A stretch of DNA of 24,000 nucleotides, taken from Nitrospira sp. GTDB taxonomy: Bacteria; Nitrospirota; Nitrospiria; Nitrospirales; Nitrospiraceae. The stretch spans positions 2,470,800 to 2,494,799 of the forward strand of contig CP126122.1 of NCBI GenBank assembly GCA_030123565.1, given 5' to 3'. The translations under genes and the position numbers were made by a program. The notes under the pieces were generated by a model. It had not been told where the DNA came from and did no database searches. It saw only the letters and a program-made list of their open reading frames with translations. Numbering within the stretch: the first letter of the stretch is position 1; every line of letters begins with the position of its first letter. Shown one piece after another: positions 16,063-24,000 of the stretch.

Positions 16063-16130
16063 CTGGACAGGGCGACTGCGTCGCATGGGAATTTTGTCCA
16101 TGCTCATCGTCTGCACAGCGAGACGCATCA

Positions 16131-16754
16131 TCACGAGACCTCGATCGCAGAAACGAGTGCTTCGGTCGCCTGCTCCACGTTCGACGCACTCAAAATCGAC
16201 GACATCACCGCGATGCCGAACCCGCCCGCTTGCCGCACCTCGCGCGCACGTGCGGCGGTGATTCCACCGATTGCAAAGATCGGCACCCGAATCTGTCGCG
16301 CCGCCTCTTCCAGTACCCGCAGCCCGAGCGGCGGTCCGTATTCTCGCTTCGACGGCGTGTCGTAGATCGGACCCAGCACTACAAAATCAGCCCCCTGCCG
16401 TTCCGCGACCACCGCGCCATCGATGGAGTGAACGGACCGTCCGAGCAATTGCCGTGGCCGCAGCATGCTTCGCACCACCGATGTCGGCAAGCTGCTCTCG
16501 CGCAAATGCACTCCCTCGGACGGCAGCGCCAACGCCAGATCGACACGGTCGTTGATGAACAATTCGACCTTCGGTATCTCCTGTCGAAAGTCCATCGCCA
16601 GAGCGAGCAATTGGCGGGCCGTCAGATCACGTTCACGCAGCTGCACGGCACGCACACCGGCGCGGACGGCGCGACCGACCACCGACAAGAGCGGACGCCC
16701 GGCGGTCTGATGACGATCAGTGACCAAGTACAGACGGAAATCGACGGAAGGCAT
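16131..16754 (-). CDS. thiE: thiamine-phosphate synthase
   Basis: 207 aa with LYLVTD, VQLRERD and PIFAIGGI motifs. It lies downstream of thiG. Confidence 0.9.
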   Translation of the reverse strand: MPSVDFRLYLVTDRHQTAGRPLLSVVGRAVRAGVRAVQLRERDLTARQLLALAMDFRQEIPKVELFINDRVDLALALPSEGVHLRESSLPTSVVRSMLRPRQLLGRSVHSIDGAVVAERQGADFVVLGPIYDTPSKREYGPPLGLRVLEEAARQIRVPIFAIGGITAARAREVRQAGGFGIAVMSSILSASNVEQATEALVSAIEVS

Positions 16755-16777
16755 CAGGGGAAAGAACTCAAAACTTC

Positions 16778-17557
16778 TTAGAGCATTCCCTCGATGGGGC
16801 TGCTGGCCGTGGCGTAGAGTTTACGAGGTATACGACCGGCTTTGTAGGCCAGGCGGCCGGCCCAGATGGCGTATTTCATGGCCTCAGCCATTGCAAGAGG
16901 GTCCTGCGCACCGGCGATGGCGGTGTTCATGAGCACCGCATCCGCACCGTATTCCATCGCCAGTGCGGCATCGGAAGCAGTCCCGACGCCGGCGTCCACG
17001 ATGATCGGCACCTTGACGGTTTCCATGATGATCTTGAGGTTGTAGGGGTTCCGGATCCCAAGACCGGACCCGATGGGAGCGGCCAAGGGCATGACGGCGG
17101 GACAACCGATATCCACCAGTTTCTTGGCGACGATCGGGTCGTCGTTCGTATAGGGCAGGACGATGAATCCTTCTTTGATGAGGATCTTCGCCGCTTCGAT
17201 CAATCCGGCCGTGTCGGGGAACAGGGTCTTTTCGTCGCCCAGCACTTCCAGCTTCACCAAATCGGACACACCGGCCGCCCGCGCCAACCGGGCATAACGC
17301 ACGGCGTCTTCCACCGTGTAACAGCCGGCTGTATTCGGCAGGATGATGTATTTTTTCGGATCGAGATAGTCCAGGAGGTTTTCCTTGGAGCGATCCGTGA
17401 TATTCACGCGACGCACCGCGACCGTCACGACATCCGCACCGGACGCATCGATCGCCTTTTTGGTCTCCACGAAGTTCTTATATTTGCCCGTGCCGACCCA
17501 CAGACGCGACTTGAATTCCCGGCCGGCAATCACCAAACGATCGTTGATCGTATCCAT
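16778..17557 (-). CDS. thiG: thiazole synthase
   Basis: 259 aa with [19 protein letters not shown] and [13 protein letters not shown] motifs. Confidence 0.95.
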   Translation of the reverse strand: MDTINDRLVIAGREFKSRLWVGTGKYKNFVETKKAIDASGADVVTVAVRRVNITDRSKENLLDYLDPKKYIILPNTAGCYTVEDAVRYARLARAAGVSDLVKLEVLGDEKTLFPDTAGLIEAAKILIKEGFIVLPYTNDDPIVAKKLVDIGCPAVMPLAAPIGSGLGIRNPYNLKIIMETVKVPIIVDAGVGTASDAALAMEYGADAVLMNTAIAGAQDPLAMAEAMKYAIWAGRLAYKAGRIPRKLYATASSPIEGML

Positions 17558-17560
17558 AGG

Positions 17561-17767
17561 TTACTCCGCTCCACCGCCGATGAAGCTCAATATTTCCACC
17601 CGGTCCCCCTCACGGAGGCTGCGGGTCTCGAAATCGTTCCGATCCACTATTTCCAGATTGAGTTCGACTGCGACCCGATCGGCTCGAATGTCCAGGTCGC
17701 GCAGCAAGGTTGCCACCGTCTGCCCCTCGCCGACCCCGCGTGATTCGCCATTGACCTGGATCGTCAC
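17561..17767 (-). CDS. thiS: sulfur-carrier protein ThiS (GTG start), ending GGGAE
   Basis: 68 aa: MTIQVNGE...TVATLL...VAVELNLEIV...LREGDRVEILSFIGGG plus two extra residues, AE. Confidence 0.88.
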   Translation of the reverse strand: MTIQVNGESRGVGEGQTVATLLRDLDIRADRVAVELNLEIVDRNDFETRSLREGDRVEILSFIGGGAE

Positions 17768-17791
17768 CCCACACCTCTGTTTCGTCCGGTC

Positions 17792-17821
17792 ATCCTATGA
17801 AACGGGAAAACCGGTTGTCAA
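17792..17821 (-). promoter_or_regulatory. possible thiSGE promoter
   Basis: Minus strand TTGACA (17821-17816), 18 nt, then TAGGAT (17797-17792). GAGG lies 7 nt before the GTG start. Confidence 0.35.
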
Positions 17822-17887
17822 CCAAGCCCTCCTGGGCTTGCCGTCGGCCCATTGCCCGCACAATAATGCGGCCCTACCACCGATACT

Positions 17888-18382
17888 GTGACCATGAACG
17901 AGCGTACCCGGACCTTGGCTCAGATCTTTCGTGCAATGGCGGACCTGCTGGCTGCCCGGCGCGCCAATCCCTATCGGGTACGTGCGTACCGGAAGGCGGC
18001 CGATTCAATCATGGCCGTACCGGAAGACCTGGCCAACCTCGCAGCGCGGCATCAACTTCAGGAGATTCCTGGAATCGGACGCGACCTGGCTGAAAAGATC
18101 GAGGAGTTTCTCGCAACGGGAACGATTCGCGCCTACGACGAACTCAAAACCCCGTTGCCTGAGGAAGCCGCCGGCTGGGCTTCCTTGCCGGGACTGTCCG
18201 ATGCGCTGGTGAGTTATCTCTACTTCCGGCTGAACATTCGCACGCTGGCCGACCTGGAAACCCTGGTTGCGTCCCATCTCTTGAGGACACAACCAGGATT
18301 TACGGGATCGGAAGAAGCGTTGCTCGCAGCCATCCGCAGACTGCACGGGACCGATTCCGTCAAGACGGACGAAGCTCCTTGA
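17888..18382 (+). CDS. stand-alone helix-hairpin-helix protein resembling the N-terminal 8-kDa and fingers domains of family X DNA polymerases
   Basis: 164 aa with LAQIFRAMADLLAARRANPYRVRAYRKAADSI and LQEIPGIGRDLAEKIEEFLATGTIRAYDEL. No palm, thumb or PHP domain follows. Confidence 0.7.
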   Translation: MTMNERTRTLAQIFRAMADLLAARRANPYRVRAYRKAADSIMAVPEDLANLAARHQLQEIPGIGRDLAEKIEEFLATGTIRAYDELKTPLPEEAAGWASLPGLSDALVSYLYFRLNIRTLADLETLVASHLLRTQPGFTGSEEALLAAIRRLHGTDSVKTDEAP

Positions 18383-19706
18383 AGATCTTCCAGGTCTTCA
18401 GCAACTCGACCGCCTTTTGAAGTTGGACATCGTCGTCGAGCGAGATGTCCCCGCCGACCTCGGCTGCCGGTGCGGCGCCGTTCTTGTGGCCGGGATCTTC
18501 ACCCGACTTTGGAGGAGCCGGCGAGTCTTTTCCCGCAGCGGGGGTTTTCGCCGTCTTCTGGTCCGTCTCTTTGCCGTCTTTCTCCCCCGCCTTCGCCACC
18601 GCCTGCTGCTGCAGTTTCACCACGATGTCCGGGGTGATCCCGGTCGACTGGATCGAACGGCCCTTCGGCGTATAGTACTTGGCGGTCGTGAGCCGGAGTC
18701 CTGAACCGTCGCCCAACGGCAGGATCGTCTGCACGGACCCCTTGCCGAACGAGGTGGTCCCGACAATGACGGCCCGTCCCCAATCCTGTAATGCTCCGGC
18801 CACGATCTCCGACGCACTGGCAGACCCTTCGTTCACCAGGATGATCATCGGGGAATCTTCCAGGGTCTCCTTGGTCTTGGAGAACCATTCATCCTTTTTC
18901 CCCTCGCGGCCCTTGGTGTAGACGATGAGCTTTCCGTTGCCTACGAACTGTTCCGACACATCGACCGCCGCCGTCAGCAATCCACCGGGGTTGTTCCGCA
19001 GGTCGAGGATCGTGCCCTGGACCTTCTGCTCCTTGAATTGCTTCAACGCCCGGCTCAAGTCCCTCCCCGTCGCCTCCTGGAACTGCGTCAATCTGACATA
19101 CCCGATCGTATTGTCGATGACCTTGAACTTGACGCTTTCGATCTTGATGGTATCCCGCACGAGTGAGAACGCCAGGGGGTCCGTCGTCCCATCCCGTTGA
19201 ATGGTGAGATTGACCTTGGTGCCCTTCGGACCGCGCATTTTCTGCACCGCATCCATCAACGTCAGGTCTTTGGTGGGTTCGTCGTTCACCTTGGTAATGT
19301 AATCACCGGCCTTGATCCCTGCTCGATGGGCCGGTGTCCCTTCGATGGGGGCGATGACGGCCAACCGGTTCTCCTTCACACCGATCTGAATCCCCACCCC
19401 GCCGAACTCGCCTTTGGTCTCGACCTGCATTTCTTTGTACATATCCGGTGTCATGTAGGCCGAGTGAGGGTCCAGGGTCGACAGCATTCCGCGGATCGCA
19501 CCCTGAACCAAATCCTTCACCTTCGTCTCGTCGACGTAGTGTTTCTGCACCTGCGTCAAGACCTCGGAGAAGGTCCGGAGCTCTTCATAGGTCTCGGAGG
19601 CGTGACCGGTCCGCTCCAGGCCCTTTTCCACCACAAGGCCGATCCCCAGGGCCATCGTCACCATCAGCAAGAGATATAACCACCGTCGGCTCCGCCGCTG
19701 TTCCAT
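18360..19706 (-). CDS. S41-family carboxy-terminal processing protease (PDZ-containing)
   Basis: PDZ segment GGVGIQIG...GTPAHRAGIKAGDYI, catalytic region LVNEGSASASEI and TFGKGSVQ. The ATG at 19706 is preceded by GGAAGGAA. The ORF extends to 19751. Confidence 0.9.
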   Translation of the reverse strand: MEQRRSRRWLYLLLMVTMALGIGLVVEKGLERTGHASETYEELRTFSEVLTQVQKHYVDETKVKDLVQGAIRGMLSTLDPHSAYMTPDMYKEMQVETKGEFGGVGIQIGVKENRLAVIAPIEGTPAHRAGIKAGDYITKVNDEPTKDLTLMDAVQKMRGPKGTKVNLTIQRDGTTDPLAFSLVRDTIKIESVKFKVIDNTIGYVRLTQFQEATGRDLSRALKQFKEQKVQGTILDLRNNPGGLLTAAVDVSEQFVGNGKLIVYTKGREGKKDEWFSKTKETLEDSPMIILVNEGSASASEIVAGALQDWGRAVIVGTTSFGKGSVQTILPLGDGSGLRLTTAKYYTPKGRSIQSTGITPDIVVKLQQQAVAKAGEKDGKETDQKTAKTPAAGKDSPAPPKSGEDPGHKNGAAPAAEVGGDISLDDDVQLQKAVELLKTWKIFKELRPS

Positions 19707-19732
19707 AACGTGGGTTCCTTCCTTCCCTAGGC

Positions 19733-20926
19733 CTACCGTTTCGAAAGCCACGCCAGGGGATCCACCGGCTCGGCTCCCTCGCGCAACTCAAAATAGAGCG
19801 TATTCTCACCCGTCATGCCTGTGTCTCCCGTTTCGCCGATCGCCTCTCCTGCCTCGATCCGAGCCCCGACCGACGTCAGAATCTTCGATGCGTGGGCGTA
19901 GAGCGAAAAGACTCCATTGGCATGATCTATAATTATAACGAGTCCGTAGCCTTTCAACCAGTCCGCATAGACAACCTGGCCCGCCAAGACCGACCGTATA
20001 TTACTCCCTTCTGCCGCACGAATCTCAATCCCCTTTCGCTGAATATAGGTATTGAAGGTCGGGTGCTTCTGTCGGCCGAAGTACGACACGACTTGCCCAT
20101 CGGTCGGCCATAGGAGGGTCCCCCGCAATGCCCGGAGCCCTCCGGCCGCGGAAGGAGGACGAGCCGCCATCGCCCGCCTGCGAGCCTCCAGTTCCTTCAG
20201 CAAACTGTCCACCCGGGCGGCGGAACGTTCCAGTTCCTCCACGGCCCGATCGTGCGATTCCTTTTCCTGCGTAATCTTCGTCAGATAGACCCGCTTTTCC
20301 TTTTTGAGCCCCTGAATCTGCGCCAGTTTTTGTTCCGTGCTGGCCTTAAAGGCCAACATGCCCTGCCTGGCCTCCTCACGGCTCCGCTCAACCTCGGCGA
20401 TTCGTTCGGCATCTTTCCGGTAGGTCTCCATGATGTCGTATTCACGCTGGGACACCGCGGACAGGTACCGAAGTCGTCGCTGGAAATCCCCGGAGGAGCC
20501 GGCCGCGAGCAGCGTCTTCAGATGCCAGAACCGTCCTTCGATGTACTGGACACGCAACCGGGCGGCGATGGCATCCTGTCGCTCATCGATGTGCTCCGAG
20601 AGCCGGCTCAGCTGCACGTTCATCTGCTCGATTTCCTGGTCCTTTTTCTTAAGCTTCTTCCGGATCTCCTGATGTTCTTGCCGATAGCGAACCAGCCGCT
20701 CGTCCAGCGACTGCAGGCCCTGCAGGATCGACTCGCGTTTTTTCTCCGCTTCGTCCGACTTCTTGCGTTTTTCGACGATCGTGCCGCGCAGCTTTTCCAG
20801 CGTCTTTTTTTCCTGTTCGATCTTATCCGCATACGAATCCTTGCGTTCCGCAAAGCCCGATGCCGGAACGGCCCACAAGGCCGCATGGATGCCCAGCAGG
20901 ACGAATCCCCAGACCATCCACGTCAT
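19733..20926 (-). CDS. envC: EnvC-like murein hydrolase activator (coiled coil plus degenerate LytM domain)
   Basis: Long coiled-coil region followed by a LytM domain that lacks the catalytic residues: KGIEIRA replaces HxxxD and YAHAS replaces HxH. Its ATG forms an ATGA overlap with the ftsX stop. The ORF extends to 21010. Confidence 0.8.
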   Translation of the reverse strand: MTWMVWGFVLLGIHAALWAVPASGFAERKDSYADKIEQEKKTLEKLRGTIVEKRKKSDEAEKKRESILQGLQSLDERLVRYRQEHQEIRKKLKKKDQEIEQMNVQLSRLSEHIDERQDAIAARLRVQYIEGRFWHLKTLLAAGSSGDFQRRLRYLSAVSQREYDIMETYRKDAERIAEVERSREEARQGMLAFKASTEQKLAQIQGLKKEKRVYLTKITQEKESHDRAVEELERSAARVDSLLKELEARRRAMAARPPSAAGGLRALRGTLLWPTDGQVVSYFGRQKHPTFNTYIQRKGIEIRAAEGSNIRSVLAGQVVYADWLKGYGLVIIIDHANGVFSLYAHASKILTSVGARIEAGEAIGETGDTGMTGENTLYFELREGAEPVDPLAWLSKR

Positions 20927-21822
20927 GCGCGGCTCTCTCCGAAGCGCAACAGCGAGAGGAAGCTGCCGGCACAGCCCAGAAACAACCCCACGAATACCAA
21001 AACGACGCACATCTCCAACGGGAAAAAGGTGAGCAACGTCTCCACTCCCAGGAATCGGCTGGCGGAGCGGATTTCATGGCGAAACAGCTCGAAGCCGGCT
21101 TTCAAGATCACCAGCGAGAGGGCGCTGCCGAGCAAGCCCAAGGCCGCCCCTTCAAGCAGATAGGGAACACGGATAAAGGTCCGACTCGCGCCGATCAGGT
21201 TCAAAATATCGATTTCTTCCCGGCGCGAGTAGAGCGCCAGACGGATGGTGTTCGCAATGATCGTGACCGAGGCTGCCGACAAAATAACCCCGACGATAAT
21301 GGCGGCTGCTTCAATGTATCGCACCATGCCGGCCAGGACCTCGACCCATTCTTGGTTATATTGAACCTGTCCGACACCGGGGATCAACTGCGCGCGGTCG
21401 GCCCAACGCCGCATCGCATCGGACGAGCGGGATTCCGCGGTCAGGGTCACCACGAACGAAGCCGGCAAGGGGTTCCGGCCGAGGCCCTGCAGGAGATGCG
21501 ACTCGGCCGGGAACTGCGCCTGGAAATCCGCCAGCGCCTGTTCTTTGGAGACGAAGACCAGCGACGCAATCGCTCGATCAGCCTTCAGCTGCTGTTCGAT
21601 CTCGGCCGTCGCCTGACCGGTCACGTCGTCATGCAGGTACACCATGACCTGGATGTCCTGTTCGAGGGACAGGGCCATGGCCCGCAGGTTCACATAGAGC
21701 AGTAAGAAGACCCCGACGCAGGCGAACGTGAAGGCGGTCGTCGCCACTGCGACCATCGTAGTCGTCCGATTCGTCAACACATTGGCCAACGCCTCCTGGA
21801 ACAGGTACCGGAGGCGTCTCAT
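20923..21822 (-). CDS. ftsX: cell-division ABC transporter permease-like protein FtsX
   Basis: 299 aa with four predicted TM segments and a large periplasmic loop. It overlaps the ftsE stop. Confidence 0.9.
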   Translation of the reverse strand: MRRLRYLFQEALANVLTNRTTTMVAVATTAFTFACVGVFLLLYVNLRAMALSLEQDIQVMVYLHDDVTGQATAEIEQQLKADRAIASLVFVSKEQALADFQAQFPAESHLLQGLGRNPLPASFVVTLTAESRSSDAMRRWADRAQLIPGVGQVQYNQEWVEVLAGMVRYIEAAAIIVGVILSAASVTIIANTIRLALYSRREEIDILNLIGASRTFIRVPYLLEGAALGLLGSALSLVILKAGFELFRHEIRSASRFLGVETLLTFFPLEMCVVLVFVGLFLGCAGSFLSLLRFGESRA

Positions 21823-22487
21823 GAACCCACCCGTTCGTACGACACTACCTTGCCCTGCTCCAAGGTGATCACCCGGCGATTGACCTGGGCCAGCACATTG
21901 GGATCGTGCGTCGCCACCATGACGGTGGTGCCCCGGGCGTTGATCGACTTGAACAGTTCGATGATTTCGCTCGTCAACTCGGGGTCTAAATTTCCCGTCG
22001 GCTCATCGGCCAACAGTACGATCGGTCCATTGACGATCGCGCGGGCGATGCAAACCCTCTGTTGCTCGCCGGTAGAGAGGCCGGTGGGAAACAGATCTTT
22101 TTTGTGGTCCAATCCGACCGCCCGCAGCGTTTCCGTCACCTTGCGCTTGATTTCGCCGGTCGAGACGCCTTGGACCAGGAGGGGCAACGATACGTTGTCG
22201 AAGACGGTTTTTTTGGGCAAGAGGCGGAAGTCCTGCAACACGACACCGACCTTCCGGCGCAGGGCCGGAATTTCAGACGGTCGCAACTTCGACAGGCTGC
22301 GGCCCTGCACGAAAATCTGCCCTTCATCGGGCCGTTCCGCCCCGATCAACAACTTGAGCAACGTCGACTTGCCGGCCCCGCTCGGCCCCATCAAGAGAAT
22401 GAACTCCCCCTTCTCGATTTCAAGGGTGATGTCGGAAAGCGCCGGCCGGCGGTCGTAATATTTTGAGACGTGAAAGAGTTGAATCAT
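21819..22487 (-). CDS. ftsE: cell-division ATP-binding protein FtsE
   Basis: MIQLFHVSKYY start, Walker A GPSGAGKST, signature LSTGEQQRV and Walker B VLLADEPTG. The ORF extends to GTG 22550. Confidence 0.92.
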   Translation of the reverse strand: MIQLFHVSKYYDRRPALSDITLEIEKGEFILLMGPSGAGKSTLLKLLIGAERPDEGQIFVQGRSLSKLRPSEIPALRRKVGVVLQDFRLLPKKTVFDNVSLPLLVQGVSTGEIKRKVTETLRAVGLDHKKDLFPTGLSTGEQQRVCIARAIVNGPIVLLADEPTGNLDPELTSEIIELFKSINARGTTVMVATHDPNVLAQVNRRVITLEQGKVVSYERVGS

Positions 22488-22591
22488 GGATGGCGGCGAC
22501 GACCACGACCGGGCCGGGGATTGCGGTTCAAAGTCTCCTTCGCTCGGCACCGCCCGAATCGAGTGGGCGGGTCAGGAGGCCGTTTCTCATC

Positions 22592-23002
22592 CTACCATCG
22601 CAGATCATCCCCTGCGACGTCGAATGCATTCGCAATATGCTGCACAACCTCGCCCACCCCCCCGCCGTCTTGAATCAGCACAACGTCGAAGCGACAGGCA
22701 CGATCCCTGATCCGATGTTGCGCGAGGTATTGAGCCGCCAGTTGAATCAACTTGGCACGTTTGCGCGCATCAACCGCCTCGATGGCGCCGCCGAAGGTCT
22801 CGGTCCGCCGCCGCTTCACTTCGACGAACACCAACACCCCCTGATCATCGGCGACCAGATCCAGTTCACCCAGCGCCGAGCGTACATTCCTGCCAAGAAT
22901 TCGAAATCCCTGCCGACGAAGGTAGGCCTCGGCTCGGCCCTCCCCCTCGTCTCCTACCGTACGGCGTTGGTCGCGCATCGGTTGCCGCAGGCCGTCAGAC
23001 AT
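22592..23002 (-). CDS. yraN: YraN-family (UPF0102) endonuclease-like protein
   Basis: GEGRAEAYLRRQGFRILGRNVRSALGELDLVADD...LVFVEVKRRR. The ATG at 23002 overlaps the rnhB stop (ATGTCTGA). The ORF extends to 23146. Confidence 0.8.
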   Translation of the reverse strand: MSDGLRQPMRDQRRTVGDEGEGRAEAYLRRQGFRILGRNVRSALGELDLVADDQGVLVFVEVKRRRTETFGGAIEAVDARKRAKLIQLAAQYLAQHRIRDRACRFDVVLIQDGGGVGEVVQHIANAFDVAGDDLRW

Positions 23003-23669
23003 GGCCGGCGGACAAGCGGAACGCCGCCGGGCTGCTCGGTACGAGTTGGAGGACGGGAGCGAAACTGCAGCGGTGAATCGCACAGGGCCCGTGCTGTCGG
23101 AGCAGGCGAAGATGGTCCGGAGTCCCGTACCCCTTGTGTTCGGCAAAATTGTATTGGGGATACCAGCGGTGATACTCGACCATCAGTCGGTCACGCACCA
23201 CCTTGGCGACGATCGATGCCGCCGCAATGGAACAGGACAACCCATCGCCCTTGATAATCGGTCGTTGAGGAATGGAGAGCCCCGGAAGGGTCACGGCATC
23301 CAACAAGAGGAAATCCGGCTGCAGCTGAAGTGCCTGGAGCGCCCGCCGCATCGCCAGCCGGGTCGCATGGAGGATATTCAGGCGGTCGATCTCTCCCTCC
23401 GTCGCAGCGCCGATGCCGACGGCCGTCGCCCGCCGCACGATTTCGCCGAACAACCGGACGCGCTCCGATTCACCGACCTGTTTGGAATCATTCAACCCGA
23501 GCAAGCGACAGCGCCGCGGCAACAGCACGGCCGCCGCGACGACGGGACCGGCCAGGGGCCCACGTCCGGACTCATCGAGACCGGCGATACGGCGGTATCC
23601 ACAGTATCGGGCCTCCACCTCAAACTCTTCGGTGGGACCTCCTGTCGTCGGGTTCGGAGTACCAACCAA
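22995..23669 (-). CDS. rnhB: ribonuclease HII
   Basis: 224 aa with IAGLDESGRGPLAGPVVAAAV, DSKQ and SIAAASIVAKVVRD motifs. Confidence 0.92.
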   Translation of the reverse strand: MVGTPNPTTGGPTEEFEVEARYCGYRRIAGLDESGRGPLAGPVVAAAVLLPRRCRLLGLNDSKQVGESERVRLFGEIVRRATAVGIGAATEGEIDRLNILHATRLAMRRALQALQLQPDFLLLDAVTLPGLSIPQRPIIKGDGLSCSIAAASIVAKVVRDRLMVEYHRWYPQYNFAEHKGYGTPDHLRLLRQHGPCAIHRCSFAPVLQLVPSSPAAFRLSAGHV

Positions 23670-23718
23670 ACGTGGGCCTCTGTCTTGGCATCAATCGGAA
23701 TACAAACCAAAGAGTCGA

Positions 23719-24000
23719 CTAGGCCTTTGTGGCAGCGACGGCTTCCGCCGCCTCAGCCTTGGCGGTAGCCTGAGCTTTGTTTTCGGCCGTAAACTCACGG
23801 TCTTCCACCTTGGCAAACTTACCCTTCTTGGTGCGCAGGTAGTATAGCTTGGCGCGACGGACGCGGCCCTGACGAACCACGTCGACCTTGGCCACATTGG
23901 GCGAATGGATCGGAAACGTCCGCTCCACCCCGACGCCGTAGGACAGTTTGCGCACCGTAAAGGTTTCGCTGTTGAGCGTCCCTTTTCTGGCGATGACCGC
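23719..24000 (-). CDS. rplS: 50S ribosomal protein L19 (5' end lies beyond the window)
   Basis: [43 protein letters not shown] followed by an Ala/Glu-rich tail. The reading frame is open to the window edge. Confidence 0.9.
   Translation of the reverse strand, partial: AVIARKGTLNSETFTVRKLSYGVGVERTFPIHSPNVAKVDVVRQGRVRRAKLYYLRTKKGKFAKVEDREFTAENKAQATAKAEAAEAVAATKA

Noticed and set aside
15974-16130. 33-aa minus-strand ORF (MSMDKIPMRRSRPVQLTTPYVDDRIRNNVDDRS) upstream of mpa, considered as a Pup/UBact candidate
   Set aside because: It does not end in Gln or Glu after Gly, and it has no Pup-like acidic disordered region or C-terminal helix motif. It also overlaps the predicted mpa promoter.
17768-17887. 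Possible TPP riboswitch upstream of thiS
   Set aside because: The conserved THI-box sequence elements were not found by eye, and the predicted promoter leaves only a ~25-nt leader. A covariance-model scan would be needed for certainty.
20252-23768. Long plus-strand ORFs (20252-21163, 20860-21705, 22463-23254, 23001-23768) opposite envC, ftsX, yraN and rnhB
   Set aside because: They are antisense shadows of well-supported genes and are Arg/Pro/Gly-rich with no motifs.

Overview
This is a high-GC bacterial chromosome segment. The Gram-negative-type Mpa/Dop/PrcBA/PafA proteasome cluster suggests a Nitrospira-like host, but that is inference only. A roughly 6.6-kb, visibly more AT-rich island (about 1968-8614) is inserted among housekeeping operons. 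The island holds a complete type II CRISPR-Cas locus on the minus strand: cas9 (about 1,000 aa), then cas1, cas2 and cas4. Next to it lies a 10-repeat array at 2006-2706. The island is bracketed by 151-bp direct repeats (1817-1967 and 8615-8765, one mismatch). These repeats are a duplicated 3' end of an M23 peptidase gene, so the island looks like an integrated cassette, yet it carries no integrase. Immediately upstream of cas9 I predict a tracrRNA on the minus strand at 8236-8083. It has a sigma70-like promoter, a 13-nt perfect anti-repeat placed at the predicted +1, and a strong intrinsic terminator. This prediction implies the array is transcribed antisense to the cas operon. It also implies the longest cas9 ORF start (8168) is wrong. 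The flanking genes are: a GAF hybrid histidine kinase; M23 peptidase; pafA, prcA, prcB, dop and mpa (with no pup/UBact gene found in cis); thiE, thiG and thiS; a stand-alone PolX-type HhH protein; an S41 C-terminal processing protease; an EnvC-like activator; ftsX and ftsE; yraN; rnhB; and a partial rplS. Many long ORFs antisense to these genes are high-GC shadow ORFs and were rejected.
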